Shown: in pieces, positions 19,807-29,013 of the stretch
Layout: the number at the start of each line of letters is the position of its first letter
How positions within the stretch are numbered: position 1 is the first letter of the stretch
Assembly (NCBI GenBank): GCA_964609965.1
Contig: CAZSTS010000001.1
Span: 3,191 to 67,190 of the forward strand
DNA from: an uncultured Nitrospirales bacterium
Lineage (GTDB): Bacteria; UBA10199; JADGCS01
Length of the DNA stretch: 64,000 nt
Direction: 5' to 3'
The notes under the pieces: model-generated
Databases searched by the model: none
The model's input: only the letters and a program-made list of their open reading frames with translations
What the model was told of the DNA's origin: nothing
Position numbers and translations under genes: made by a program

Positions 19807-21576
19807 TCAACCTGCATAACCAAGATATGCTTCAGTAACAACAGGACAGTCAAAGTGTACTGCCAAAATAACTTGGGCAGCCTTTAATCCAGATCGATCA
19901 GCTACGGGATGTTTTTTATTTATTTGTGACACATGTTGTGTTACAGTGTATAGTTCATCGCTTTGTCCGTCTATCCTTATTCTGCTCACGCGACTCCCTA
20001 AAAGATCAACGCCAACAAATCCCGCAGCCACAACTTTATGACCAAGGGCCATCCCTAAATGGTTAGAAAAAAAACAGGTTCCTATTATGAATTCGTAAGC
20101 CCCATTTGGGAGTTGAACTAGTACGTACCTAACTTCATTTGCCAGATCCCCCGGGTTTAAAGGTTCTGGATTGAGATTTCTTCTGGTCTCTGCAATTTTA
20201 GTTAATTCATTAGCATCTGAAATAACAGTTGCGTGCGCGTCTCTAAGTTTTGCTGTTCTGAATTCCAATAGAGCTCTATTGGCTTCATCCTCAAAAGGGG
20301 TTTCGGTTAATAGATAGAGGGCTTTTTCAGCAACAGGATTAGATTCTAGGAGATTGAGAAGTAAGTTAAAATTTGTTTTGCTTTGCGTAGTTACTGTTCT
20401 AAAATACAGGCCTTCTACAGCAGTGTCAGTGTCAGTCAACATATCTCCATAGGCAAATTCTAGTGCCCACTCAGCGGGTTCAGGATAGAGGATGAATTTA
20501 TCGACCAGTGTAGGCATTTCCATTGCATTGGCCCCTGAGACGATGGCGGCTAAGGCTCTGGTCTCCTCATTTCCCTTTCTTGCAGCTTGGCAGGTACGCT
20601 GAATAAAATGTTCTAGGTGAGATTCATTAGGTGAAAAAATTACTTTGAGACCAGCTTGGAAAATAGCTGCTGCCATGCGCGCTATTGCACCTGTGACGTT
20701 TTTACGCAAACCGGATGAGTCGACCATAAGAGTGCTTAACCACTGACCTCTTTCTATTCTGCTTGAGCGGCAGGACATGCTTGTTAACGTGCTTTCTAAT
20801 TTACTGCTTTTAATAGCCGCTTCAACTAGATTATTTCTTTGAGCGTAGCACTGTTGTTCTAGAAGACTAGGCACAATTCCTTCGCTACTTGTCAGTGTTT
20901 CAAAAGCCCTTAAGGCTTTTTCATTGTTCTTTCCAACCAGGCGTACAAAGCTTGTATAAAAACTCTCACTAAGATCATGGCTCACTTCTAAAAACTTGTT
21001 TGGAGATGAATCCATGACAGCTAGGGCTCTTAATTGTGTTGAGGGATTTCTCATAAGGGCCTCTAAAAACGCTGCTGTTTCTAGGCCATCATGTGCAAAA
21101 ACCTGCATGGCATATTCAGTTTCTGGATATGCTCTTGAGGCGTCAATAAGTTCATCTCTTAATCCGGCAGATAAATGAGGTTCAAGTAGATGAAGATCTG
21201 ATTTTGCTAAATCATTAATGGACATATATTTACCAACACTTCTAGGAAGTTGAAGAAGTGCTTCTAATGATTTTGTATCACCTTGAGATGCTAATTTGCC
21301 TAAAACAGCTGGATTATCATGATGTCTCCATCTTGTATAAAAAGCATGCCAAGGTGCTTTTTTTTGGGGGCCACTCTTTGTTGCTTGTGCCCCTCCTGCT
21401 TCAACTTGACCAAGTGCATTTCCTGCATTTTGCGATTCGCTCGCTGCTTTTAAAGGGGCATCTGTCGAGGTTTCAAAACCTGTGAATGAGTGATTTGCTG
21501 AACAAACTCCATCATAAATTGTGAAACTTTTAAAAGCTGTAGTTTGAATTTGTATATTAGACCTAGCAAGAACCAT
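19807..21576 (-). CDS. Hypothetical protein (589 aa)
   Basis: Long ORF convergent on the thioesterase gene. No confident motif. Confidence 0.5.
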   Translation of the reverse strand: MVLARSNIQIQTTAFKSFTIYDGVCSANHSFTGFETSTDAPLKAASESQNAGNALGQVEAGGAQATKSGPQKKAPWHAFYTRWRHHDNPAVLGKLASQGDTKSLEALLQLPRSVGKYMSINDLAKSDLHLLEPHLSAGLRDELIDASRAYPETEYAMQVFAHDGLETAAFLEALMRNPSTQLRALAVMDSSPNKFLEVSHDLSESFYTSFVRLVGKNNEKALRAFETLTSSEGIVPSLLEQQCYAQRNNLVEAAIKSSKLESTLTSMSCRSSRIERGQWLSTLMVDSSGLRKNVTGAIARMAAAIFQAGLKVIFSPNESHLEHFIQRTCQAARKGNEETRALAAIVSGANAMEMPTLVDKFILYPEPAEWALEFAYGDMLTDTDTAVEGLYFRTVTTQSKTNFNLLLNLLESNPVAEKALYLLTETPFEDEANRALLEFRTAKLRDAHATVISDANELTKIAETRRNLNPEPLNPGDLANEVRYVLVQLPNGAYEFIIGTCFFSNHLGMALGHKVVAAGFVGVDLLGSRVSRIRIDGQSDELYTVTQHVSQINKKHPVADRSGLKAAQVILAVHFDCPVVTEAYLGYAG

Positions 21577-21745
21577 AGAAACTCCTGATGCAAATTTATA
21601 TAGTTCTATGTTCGAGTAATTTATATTCCTGTTGCGTGTTTGAGGGGATAAAGGTTTTTTGGAAAAAACGGGATTGTTATATTGGGTGTCATCTTCGCGG
21701 AGGCGGGGATCCAGTCTAAAAAAATATTCTATTCATCATAAAAAG

Positions 21746-21892
21746 TGTAGGGGCACAGCATGCTGTGCCCCTACAAAGATATCACAAGTCTTCCTGGGAT
21801 TAAAATCCCAGGCTTTATGCTTTAGTCCTTGCAGGACTAGGAAGGAATGTCCTTTAGGACAATAGCATATAGCCGGAGACTTTAGTCTCTGG
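21746..21892. repeat. Cluster of five palindromic hairpins (first: gtaggggcacagcatgctgtgcccctac)
   Basis: Perfect palindromes at 21746-21773, 21792-21811, 21822-21838, 21848-21859 and 21875-21892. Confidence 0.6.
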
Positions 21893-21930
21893 AAGAGAGG
21901 TTTAAGAGATTTTATTTGGGGGGTGGCAGA

Positions 21931-23469
21931 TTACGCAATCCTACGCTCTGTTTTCATGGCGCGTTTTTTGACCTTTTCGACCTCTTGCCAGATGAGATCT
22001 GTGATTTTTAGACCGAGCATGAGCTTGGAATCTAATCCAAATCCAGCAAAGATAGAAGGGTGTGAAATGTAAAAGTTGGGAGAAGGGGTGGTGTAATTGA
22101 GTTTAAATAAATTAACAAAACTTCGTTCATTCTGTGTGGTCACACCATTATTAGAGGCACTGTGACGGAAAATCTCAAAATCGTTTTCATTGAGAGGAAA
22201 CAAAGTATCTGTAGGCATGTTTTTGCTTTTAACAGGGAATTGGAATTCTATTGAGTCATCAGAAAAGGGCATGAGGTTAATGAGACTTTGTTTGATCGCA
22301 TCAAAGTATTGATCAAAAAACTCCTCTTCTTCTGTGAGTGCTGATTTTGGGAGTAAAAAGTTAACGCTCAAAACAGTTTTTGGTTCAATTTTATTTGCCT
22401 TAGTTTGAATATAAAGAAAATTATCGCCAACGAGTTCTTTTTTGGGATTTTTGATTACAACGGCGTTTGATTTTAAGAGTTCAGGTAAATAGTTTGTGTC
22501 CACAGAAAAACGTGTTGTAAACCAGTGAAAATCAATTTGGTTGCTAACGCAATTTTTTCGTAAAGTACGAAAACGCCATTTATTAGGAAGCAATTCTTTG
22601 AGTTTGTCTAGAGAATCATTCCAAATAACATATTTGCAAAGAACATGCCCGTGTGACTCATCAAGTTCAACACCCTCGAGAACACCGTTTCGGTATAACA
22701 AAGAATTTACTTGGACTTTGTTTCTGATTGAACCGTCGTAATGTGTGATTCGTTCGTGAAGAACCTTTTTAAATGAGTTAAGTCCTGCATGAACGCCAAA
22801 GATCTCGCCGTCTCCAGGGTTAAATAAAGCAGACACCTGATAAGAGAAAGGGTTGTTACAAAAATGCTGATAAGCCATCAGGTATTGTGCAAGAAAATAG
22901 CTCTTGATGTGGGGGTCTTTTTTTAAAAGCTTTGTGTACTCGGAGTTTTTTTCGTTTAGAGATTGTGTTTGAATAAATTTTTTGAGTTTTCGTTTTTCTT
23001 GCCATCCACTGGGAATAAGTTGTTCAAATAAATCGGTAACATTTGTACGGTGCCTGAGTTTTGACTGATTTTCGTAGAATTTTTTGATGTCTGGGTAATG
23101 ATCTGGAAATTCTCTTTCAAGCTCCTCGAAATAATCTAAGGGATTATTGAAAATATCGATTCTATGTCTTGGGAAAATTGTTTGAAGTGTAGAATCTTGG
23201 TTGAGCAGGTTTTGAATTGTGGTTTCTGGTACATTAAGCCGGCCTAAGATAGAGCGTAACAGTGTAGAATGAATTTTATTTGAACAAACCGGATCAGGGT
23301 TTTTTTCGTGGCCGCTGAAAAGATCTGAGTCTATCACTTGTACACTGAGACCTCTCCTTGCTAGAAATGCCGCTGTTACAAGGCCTGGAAGGTTGTCGCC
23401 AATAACTAAGATGTCACAATATTTTTCTAGCATTCTTAAATGATCCTGCTGCAAGCAGCGGGAAATCAA
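21931..23469 (-). CDS. FAD/NAD(P)-binding oxidoreductase (amine oxidase/phytoene desaturase-like)
   Basis: Dinucleotide-binding motif DILVIGDNLPGLVTAAFLARRGLSVQVIDSD. Confidence 0.65.
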   Translation of the reverse strand: MISRCLQQDHLRMLEKYCDILVIGDNLPGLVTAAFLARRGLSVQVIDSDLFSGHEKNPDPVCSNKIHSTLLRSILGRLNVPETTIQNLLNQDSTLQTIFPRHRIDIFNNPLDYFEELEREFPDHYPDIKKFYENQSKLRHRTNVTDLFEQLIPSGWQEKRKLKKFIQTQSLNEKNSEYTKLLKKDPHIKSYFLAQYLMAYQHFCNNPFSYQVSALFNPGDGEIFGVHAGLNSFKKVLHERITHYDGSIRNKVQVNSLLYRNGVLEGVELDESHGHVLCKYVIWNDSLDKLKELLPNKWRFRTLRKNCVSNQIDFHWFTTRFSVDTNYLPELLKSNAVVIKNPKKELVGDNFLYIQTKANKIEPKTVLSVNFLLPKSALTEEEEFFDQYFDAIKQSLINLMPFSDDSIEFQFPVKSKNMPTDTLFPLNENDFEIFRHSASNNGVTTQNERSFVNLFKLNYTTPSPNFYISHPSIFAGFGLDSKLMLGLKITDLIWQEVEKVKKRAMKTERRIA

Positions 23470-23529
23470 TTTGAGTACAAAATATATTAAAGGGCAAGTA
23501 GCCCCGGGAAATCAAATCCAAAATTTGGG

Positions 23530-24126
23530 TTAAAATCTATATCCAACGCGTCCAAAAAGAGTGTAAGGCATGTAGGTTGAAGCATTTGCTGTTCCAGTCA
23601 GGCTATTGATCAATCCAACAGAACGATAAGTGCCTCCAACGCCAAGAACAAGATTAGCGGCAATATTATATTCTAAACCAACCTCGATTTGAGCTCCAAT
23701 TCCATAACCTTGAGTGGCATTGGCAACATCACCTTCGAATAAACCATAGAGACCAATCCCGATTCCAACATAAGGGTCGATTTGTGGTAGGTTTTGGAAA
23801 AAATAAATTTTAAATGTAGCTGCTGGTATGGCAAGAAATGTGATTGTGTTTTCAGCTGCGCTCACTCCCTTTCCATCTTGAAAAGTAAAGAAGGTTTCGA
23901 TCATGAGAGAGAATTTTGGATTAAATCTATAATCAAAATACAGGCCACCACCAATGCCCATTTGGACAATGGGGAGTGTGTCTACTAATTGAATGCTGCC
24001 GTAAACGTTTCCTCCCACTGTTCTATTGTAGCTAGCAGTTTCGTACTCTTCTTCATAAGCTAAAGCTGTTAAAGGAAGTGTGAGGATAAAGGTAAATAAA
24101 ATTAGGTGTTTTAGAATGTTTTTCAT
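23530..24126 (-). CDS. Outer-membrane beta-barrel protein (OmpW/OmpA-like porin family)
   Basis: Signal peptide, alternating amphipathic strands and a C-terminal ...GYRF. Confidence 0.6.
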   Translation of the reverse strand: MKNILKHLILFTFILTLPLTALAYEEEYETASYNRTVGGNVYGSIQLVDTLPIVQMGIGGGLYFDYRFNPKFSLMIETFFTFQDGKGVSAAENTITFLAIPAATFKIYFFQNLPQIDPYVGIGIGLYGLFEGDVANATQGYGIGAQIEVGLEYNIAANLVLGVGGTYRSVGLINSLTGTANASTYMPYTLFGRVGYRF

Positions 24127-24168
24127 GATTACTCCCGTAACAAAGTTTTATGAGCTTGTAAAATAACT

Positions 24169-24756
24169 TCATTCATTATTCTCAATAAGCTGTATGGCTT
24201 TTATTAATGTTTTATGCTCTTTTTTCAAGAGACGATTTGATAAAGAGTTAGCATCGTCGTCATTTTTGATTTCTTCTTTTGCTTGGAGAATGATGGGGCC
24301 TGTGTCACAGCCTTCATCCACATAATGGACAGTACAGCCTGTCACTTTTACACCAGCCTTAATAGCTTGTTCTTGGGCGTCTAATCCAGGAAATTCAGGT
24401 AAAAGTGAAGGGTGGATGTTGATAATACGGTTTTTAAAGCTGTTAACAAATTTAGGTGGCAGAATCTTCATGTATCCCGCTAAAACAATGAGATCAGGAT
24501 TGAGTTCAGAAGCCTTTTGAAGGAGGTCATTATTATAGTCGTCTTTGTCTCGTTTTTTTGATGGAATGACGAAGCTAGGGATGCCTGCTTTTTTAGCTCT
24601 CTCTAGAGCCAAGGCACCTTCTTTATTTGAGATAACTGCTTTAATTTTGCTTTGGATTTGGTTTGTGGTTTGGGCGTCGATAATGGCCTGAAGATTTGTC
24701 CCGCGCCCTGAGACTAATACAAGAATATCAAGTGATTGTGATGTCTGGCTAGTCAT
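24169..24756 (-). CDS. purN: Phosphoribosylglycinamide formyltransferase
   Basis: ILVLVSGRGTNLQAII and NIHPSLLP motifs. Confidence 0.88.
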   Translation of the reverse strand: MTSQTSQSLDILVLVSGRGTNLQAIIDAQTTNQIQSKIKAVISNKEGALALERAKKAGIPSFVIPSKKRDKDDYNNDLLQKASELNPDLIVLAGYMKILPPKFVNSFKNRIINIHPSLLPEFPGLDAQEQAIKAGVKVTGCTVHYVDEGCDTGPIILQAKEEIKNDDDANSLSNRLLKKEHKTLIKAIQLIENNE

Positions 24757-24773
24757 CTAAGATTACATAATCA

Positions 24774-25817
24774 TTATACAAAACTGATGCAAGAATTCTC
24801 TTCAGCTTTCTTTTCGATCATTTCACCAATGGAAAAGGCTTTGATTTTCATATCATCAAGCTTGGCTAATATGGCTGTTTCATCTGTGGCCTTTACGATG
24901 AGCGCAAATCCAATTCCCATGTTAAAGACGCGTAACATTTCTGCTTCAGTGACATTCCCTTGTTTTGCTAAAAACTGAAAGACATTTGGAACTTCAAAAG
25001 AATCTCCGTGGATAATGGCTTTGAGGTTATGGGGAAAGACTCGAGGGAGATTTTCGAGAAGACCACCTCCAGTAATATGTGACATGGCCTGGATCTTAAA
25101 TTCATCGAGAAGTTTTAAGATAGGTGAGACATAAATTTGAGTGGGTGTGAGTAACTCTTTACCTAAGCTTTGTGAAAAACCATCTGGGGTTGAATCTAAA
25201 TCGAGATCATTATCCCGAATGATTTTTCGAACTAATGAAAAACCATTTGAATGGAGACCGGATGAAGCGAGTCCAATGATCTTGTCTCCTGCACTGACTG
25301 AATTACCGTTAATTATGTTGTCTTTATCGACGATTCCAACAGAAAATCCGGCAAGATCAAAATCACTGCCTTGGTAAAAACCAGGCATTTCTGCTGTTTC
25401 ACCGCCTAAAAGGGTGCATTGGATGTCTTTGAGACATGTGGCAATAGATTTGATGACTTTAGCGGCTTCATCTGGATCGAGCTTGCTTGTAGCAAGGTAA
25501 TCGAGAAAAAAGAGAGGTTTTGCCCCACAACAGATGAGGTCATTCACACACATGGCCACAAGGTCTTGTCCCACATGGTCAATCCATTTATAATCAATGG
25601 CTAGTTTTAGTTTTGTTCCTACGCCATCTGTGGCGGCGACTAAGACGGGTTTTTTGAGATTAATGTTTTCTAAAGAAAAGAGCCCCGAAAACCCACCAAT
25701 GCCTGAAAGTACTTCTGGTCCACAAGTGCTTTGAGCATAGCCCTTGATTTGATGAACAAGCTCATTGCCTGCAGTGATATCAACTCCAGCATCTTTGTAG
25801 GTTGTAGGGGATTTCAT
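24774..25817 (-). CDS. purM: Phosphoribosylformylglycinamidine cyclo-ligase
   Basis: YKDAGVDI, DGVGTK, HITGGG. Confidence 0.9.
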   Translation of the reverse strand: MKSPTTYKDAGVDITAGNELVHQIKGYAQSTCGPEVLSGIGGFSGLFSLENINLKKPVLVAATDGVGTKLKLAIDYKWIDHVGQDLVAMCVNDLICCGAKPLFFLDYLATSKLDPDEAAKVIKSIATCLKDIQCTLLGGETAEMPGFYQGSDFDLAGFSVGIVDKDNIINGNSVSAGDKIIGLASSGLHSNGFSLVRKIIRDNDLDLDSTPDGFSQSLGKELLTPTQIYVSPILKLLDEFKIQAMSHITGGGLLENLPRVFPHNLKAIIHGDSFEVPNVFQFLAKQGNVTEAEMLRVFNMGIGFALIVKATDETAILAKLDDMKIKAFSIGEMIEKKAEENSCISFV

Positions 25818-25837
25818 ATTAAAAAATATTTCTTTTT

Positions 25838-26941
25838 TTATTTAGCGGCGTCTCTTTTTTCTTTTTCAACGTGTGCGTCTCTTTTAGGCTTATTATCAAT
25901 GTGCGCATCTCTTTTAACCTTTTCAACGGGCTTTTTTACGGTGTCTTTCTTCTCTTTTGCAGGCTCTGTTTTTTCTTCCTCTTTTTTAACCGTTGGGACT
26001 ACCTTTTTCTCTTCTTTTTTAACAGCTGGTTTAGCTATGAGCGCGTATTCAATTTTAGCTTTACCTTTTAATTCTTTGAGAAGGTTTTCTTTAACTTTGT
26101 TTTGAAGCTCAAACCCAAGAACGCGTTTGGCATCTTCGAAAGAAATAACAAAGGGTTCAGAGGTAACCTTGACAAGGTAGTAGCCATTCTTTGTTTTGAT
26201 AGGGCCTGAGACCTCGTCTTTTTTCATTTTGAAGGCCGCTGTGATGAGTGGTTCGTAACCTAAGCTTTTAAAACGTTTGTCGTTCTTTGAAACTTTTCCA
26301 GCTTTGCCGCCTTTTTTTGCAGTCATTTTATCATCTGATTCTTCCTTTGCAACTGCTACAAAATCATCGCCTTTGGTTAAGCGTGCTTTAATCTTTTTAA
26401 TACGGGCGAGAGCAGCTTTGATTTCTGCATCAGTGGCTTTAATCTCTTTTTTCTTGTTTTTCTTAGATTCCTTAGGTTGAAAGTAGGCTGCAATGAGTGA
26501 AACATTGAGTTTTGTAAATTCAGTATCAACTCTCTCATCATACGCCTTTTTCATGGCTGATTCGGTCTCACGTTCAAGAAGAGCATTTGAAACAATGACG
26601 TGCTTATTAAGTAGAGATTTAATGATGACAGATTCTTCGTTGGCTAATCCTCTTTTCATGGCTTCTTGATAGAGAAGTTGCTGGTCAACCAGTGATTCAA
26701 CAATCTTCTTCCGTGTAAGAGGGTTGGCTAGTTGGGCTTTGATACGTGCATTGAGTGTGCTGAGAACATCTAATAGCCCTTGATGGACATCAGTACCATT
26801 TACTGTGACAACCGTAGGTCCTTCGTTAACTTTTTTAAGATCATAAATAGTATCAGCGTTATTTGCACTTTGTTGTGAACAAGAAATGAGCATGCTGACA
26901 GCGATGAGTGTGATTAAGTATTTCTTCATTAAATCCTCCAA
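25838..26941 (-). CDS. SurA/PpiC-type peptidyl-prolyl isomerase with Lys/Glu-rich repetitive C-terminal tail
   Basis: Signal peptide and parvulin region SGPIKTKNGYYLVKV. The tail carries KRDAHIDNKPKRDAHVEKEKRDA repeats. Confidence 0.7.
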   Translation of the reverse strand: MEDLMKKYLITLIAVSMLISCSQQSANNADTIYDLKKVNEGPTVVTVNGTDVHQGLLDVLSTLNARIKAQLANPLTRKKIVESLVDQQLLYQEAMKRGLANEESVIIKSLLNKHVIVSNALLERETESAMKKAYDERVDTEFTKLNVSLIAAYFQPKESKKNKKKEIKATDAEIKAALARIKKIKARLTKGDDFVAVAKEESDDKMTAKKGGKAGKVSKNDKRFKSLGYEPLITAAFKMKKDEVSGPIKTKNGYYLVKVTSEPFVISFEDAKRVLGFELQNKVKENLLKELKGKAKIEYALIAKPAVKKEEKKVVPTVKKEEEKTEPAKEKKDTVKKPVEKVKRDAHIDNKPKRDAHVEKEKRDAAK

Positions 26942-26995
26942 GTTTTAAAAATATAAGGGGTATTCGTATAGTCATGAGGGCTTGTCAAGGCAAGT

Positions 26996-27105
26996 ACGTA
27001 TTTCGGTTAGGGTAACGAAGCCCGTTTCGTCAGGTGGTTACGGTAACGTGTTGTAATTTGGACGTAACCCAAACCGATAAACGATACGGGTATCGTATCC
27101 GTAAC
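26996..27105. repeat. MITE/REP-like intergenic element, inverted relative of 13866-13978
   Basis: Bases 27061-27090 are the reverse complement of 13882-13911 (29/30). Also carries gaagcccgt and cgtaacc words. Confidence 0.65.
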
Positions 27106-27110
27106 CGAAG

Positions 27111-28049
27111 TTACAGCCTCTCCTGTATAAACTTCTCAATACGGAGGTTTATGAGGGCAGGCTGCTCTACCAAGGCTACATGAGAGGCTTTTTTGATGAT
27201 AAGCAGTTCGGACTTTTTGATAAGATGGTGCATTTTTTTTGAGATCCAGACAGGTGTAAATTTATCCTTTTCTGCTGAGATGATTAGCGTGGGAACTTTA
27301 ATTGTTTTGAGGACGCGTTCGGCATTATAGTCTTGCATGCTTTTGGCCAAAGTAGCCAAAACAACAGAGTCCATACTTGTGATATGTTGGATGTACTCTT
27401 TGAGAATCTTTTTATCAGCCAATCCAGGATTAAGCATTTTAAGTGATTTTCCCATTTGCCACCAGAAAGGGTTTTTTGAAAAGAAACGACCTATATTATT
27501 TGCTAAATCAGGAAAGAGATGATTAAAAATATAAATTCCCGCAAAGAAATATTTGAGTGCTGGGATATTATAAAAAGTGTCGATGGGCTTGCTGTAAGTG
27601 CCGCAGCATGGGATCAAGCCAAGAACTTTTTTGGGATACTTTTCATAAAAATGATACAGTATCTGCGTTCCCATAGAATGACCGGCAATGATAGCCTTTC
27701 TGATCTTTAGTTTTTTCAAAACAGCGTTCATATCTTCTGTAAGGGCGTCAATTGTCATGTGTTTTTCATCGTGAACTAATTCAGATCGGCCATGGCTGCG
27801 CCAGTCAAAGACAATGACTTGGTATTTCTTTTTTAGATAAGATTCCACATGCTTCCAAAAAAAGACCGAGCAACCCAATCCATTACAAAAAATGATTGGT
27901 TGACCGGAGCCTTGTTTGCGGTACCAGATTTTAGTGCCATCAAAGCTTTTGGCAAAACCCTCATCGATTGTGCTGAGCTGTTTTAATTTTGAACGCTTAT
28001 TTGAGGTTTTTTTTGTTTTTTTCAGTGGCATATTCTTAAATGAACTCAA
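27111..28049 (-). CDS. Alpha/beta-fold hydrolase
   Basis: Nucleophile elbow GHSMGT; 312 aa. Confidence 0.7.
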   Translation of the reverse strand: MSSFKNMPLKKTKKTSNKRSKLKQLSTIDEGFAKSFDGTKIWYRKQGSGQPIIFCNGLGCSVFFWKHVESYLKKKYQVIVFDWRSHGRSELVHDEKHMTIDALTEDMNAVLKKLKIRKAIIAGHSMGTQILYHFYEKYPKKVLGLIPCCGTYSKPIDTFYNIPALKYFFAGIYIFNHLFPDLANNIGRFFSKNPFWWQMGKSLKMLNPGLADKKILKEYIQHITSMDSVVLATLAKSMQDYNAERVLKTIKVPTLIISAEKDKFTPVWISKKMHHLIKKSELLIIKKASHVALVEQPALINLRIEKFIQERL

Positions 28050-28247
28050 GATGGTAAATTATATCAACATGTTAGTTAAATTACAAGGTTAGGTCAATAG
28101 GTCATACATGTTCGATAGACATTAGAACCTATGTGATTTTACTATTGCATTGAAATTATAAGGATATTAAAAGACCGGGACTTATTAGAATGTGATTTGT
28201 TGCCATGTCCTGAGTGAGCGCAGCGAGTCTAAGGATTAGGAGAAGAT

Positions 28248-28868
28248 ATGCAAGTTATACTTAATGAAGATTATACAAATCTTGGATTTGTTGGCGATAT
28301 TGTTAATGTTAAGCCAGGTTTTGCCCGTAATTACCTTTTTCCAAAAAAGATTGCTATTGAGGCTAATTCTGAGAGCATTAAGCTTTTTGAGCACCGAAAA
28401 CGCCAAGTACAGGTTAAAAAGCAGCAACGACAAAAGGATGCTGACAAACTTAGAGAAAAAATTGATGGTGTCAAGGTGACCATTCAACACGCAGCGACTG
28501 AAGATAATAAATTATTTGGCTCAGTATCGCTCACAGAGATTCATACTAAATTAGCTGAGGCGGGTGTTGAAGTTGACCGTAAGCTCATTCGTTTGGAAGC
28601 TCCCATCAAATCACTTGGTGAATATGATGTCGAAATTAAACTTCATCAAGATGTTTCAGCTAAAGTAAAGGTTATCGTTGAGAAAAATGAAAACGCCGAA
28701 GTTCCTAAGCAGGCAAAAAGCCCAAAAAAAGCAGCTAAAAAAGCAGCTCCCAAAGAAGAAGAAGCTAAAGGTGAAGAAGTAGCTGCACCAAAAGCTGATA
28801 AAGATGCTAAAGAAAAGGCGCCAGCAAAAGAAGAAAAATCAGAAGAAACTAAGTCCAACGATTCATAA
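28248..28868 (+). CDS. rplI: 50S ribosomal protein L9 with ~55-aa Lys/Ala/Glu-rich C-terminal extension
   Basis: L9 N-terminus MQVILNEDYTNLGFVGDIVNVKPGFARNYLFP. Tail KKAAKKAAPKEEEAKGEE.... Confidence 0.85.
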   Translation: MQVILNEDYTNLGFVGDIVNVKPGFARNYLFPKKIAIEANSESIKLFEHRKRQVQVKKQQRQKDADKLREKIDGVKVTIQHAATEDNKLFGSVSLTEIHTKLAEAGVEVDRKLIRLEAPIKSLGEYDVEIKLHQDVSAKVKVIVEKNENAEVPKQAKSPKKAAKKAAPKEEEAKGEEVAAPKADKDAKEKAPAKEEKSEETKSNDS

Positions 28869-28930
28869 ATTCAAACGAATTTATTCACTCAGGACAGGTA
28901 AACAACTATTAATCTTTTAGTTTATCCACA

Positions 28931-28967
28931 ATGGGGTATAGAGTAAATCTATACCCCATTTTTTTTA
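28931..28967 (+). terminator. Rho-independent terminator (ggggtatag...ctatacccc + T8)
   Basis: 8-bp stem followed by a TTTTTTTT tract after rplI. Confidence 0.75.
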
Positions 28968-29013
28968 GAGATGTTATTGACCTCACCAATCATTTATCAT
29001 TAAAGGCAATGGG

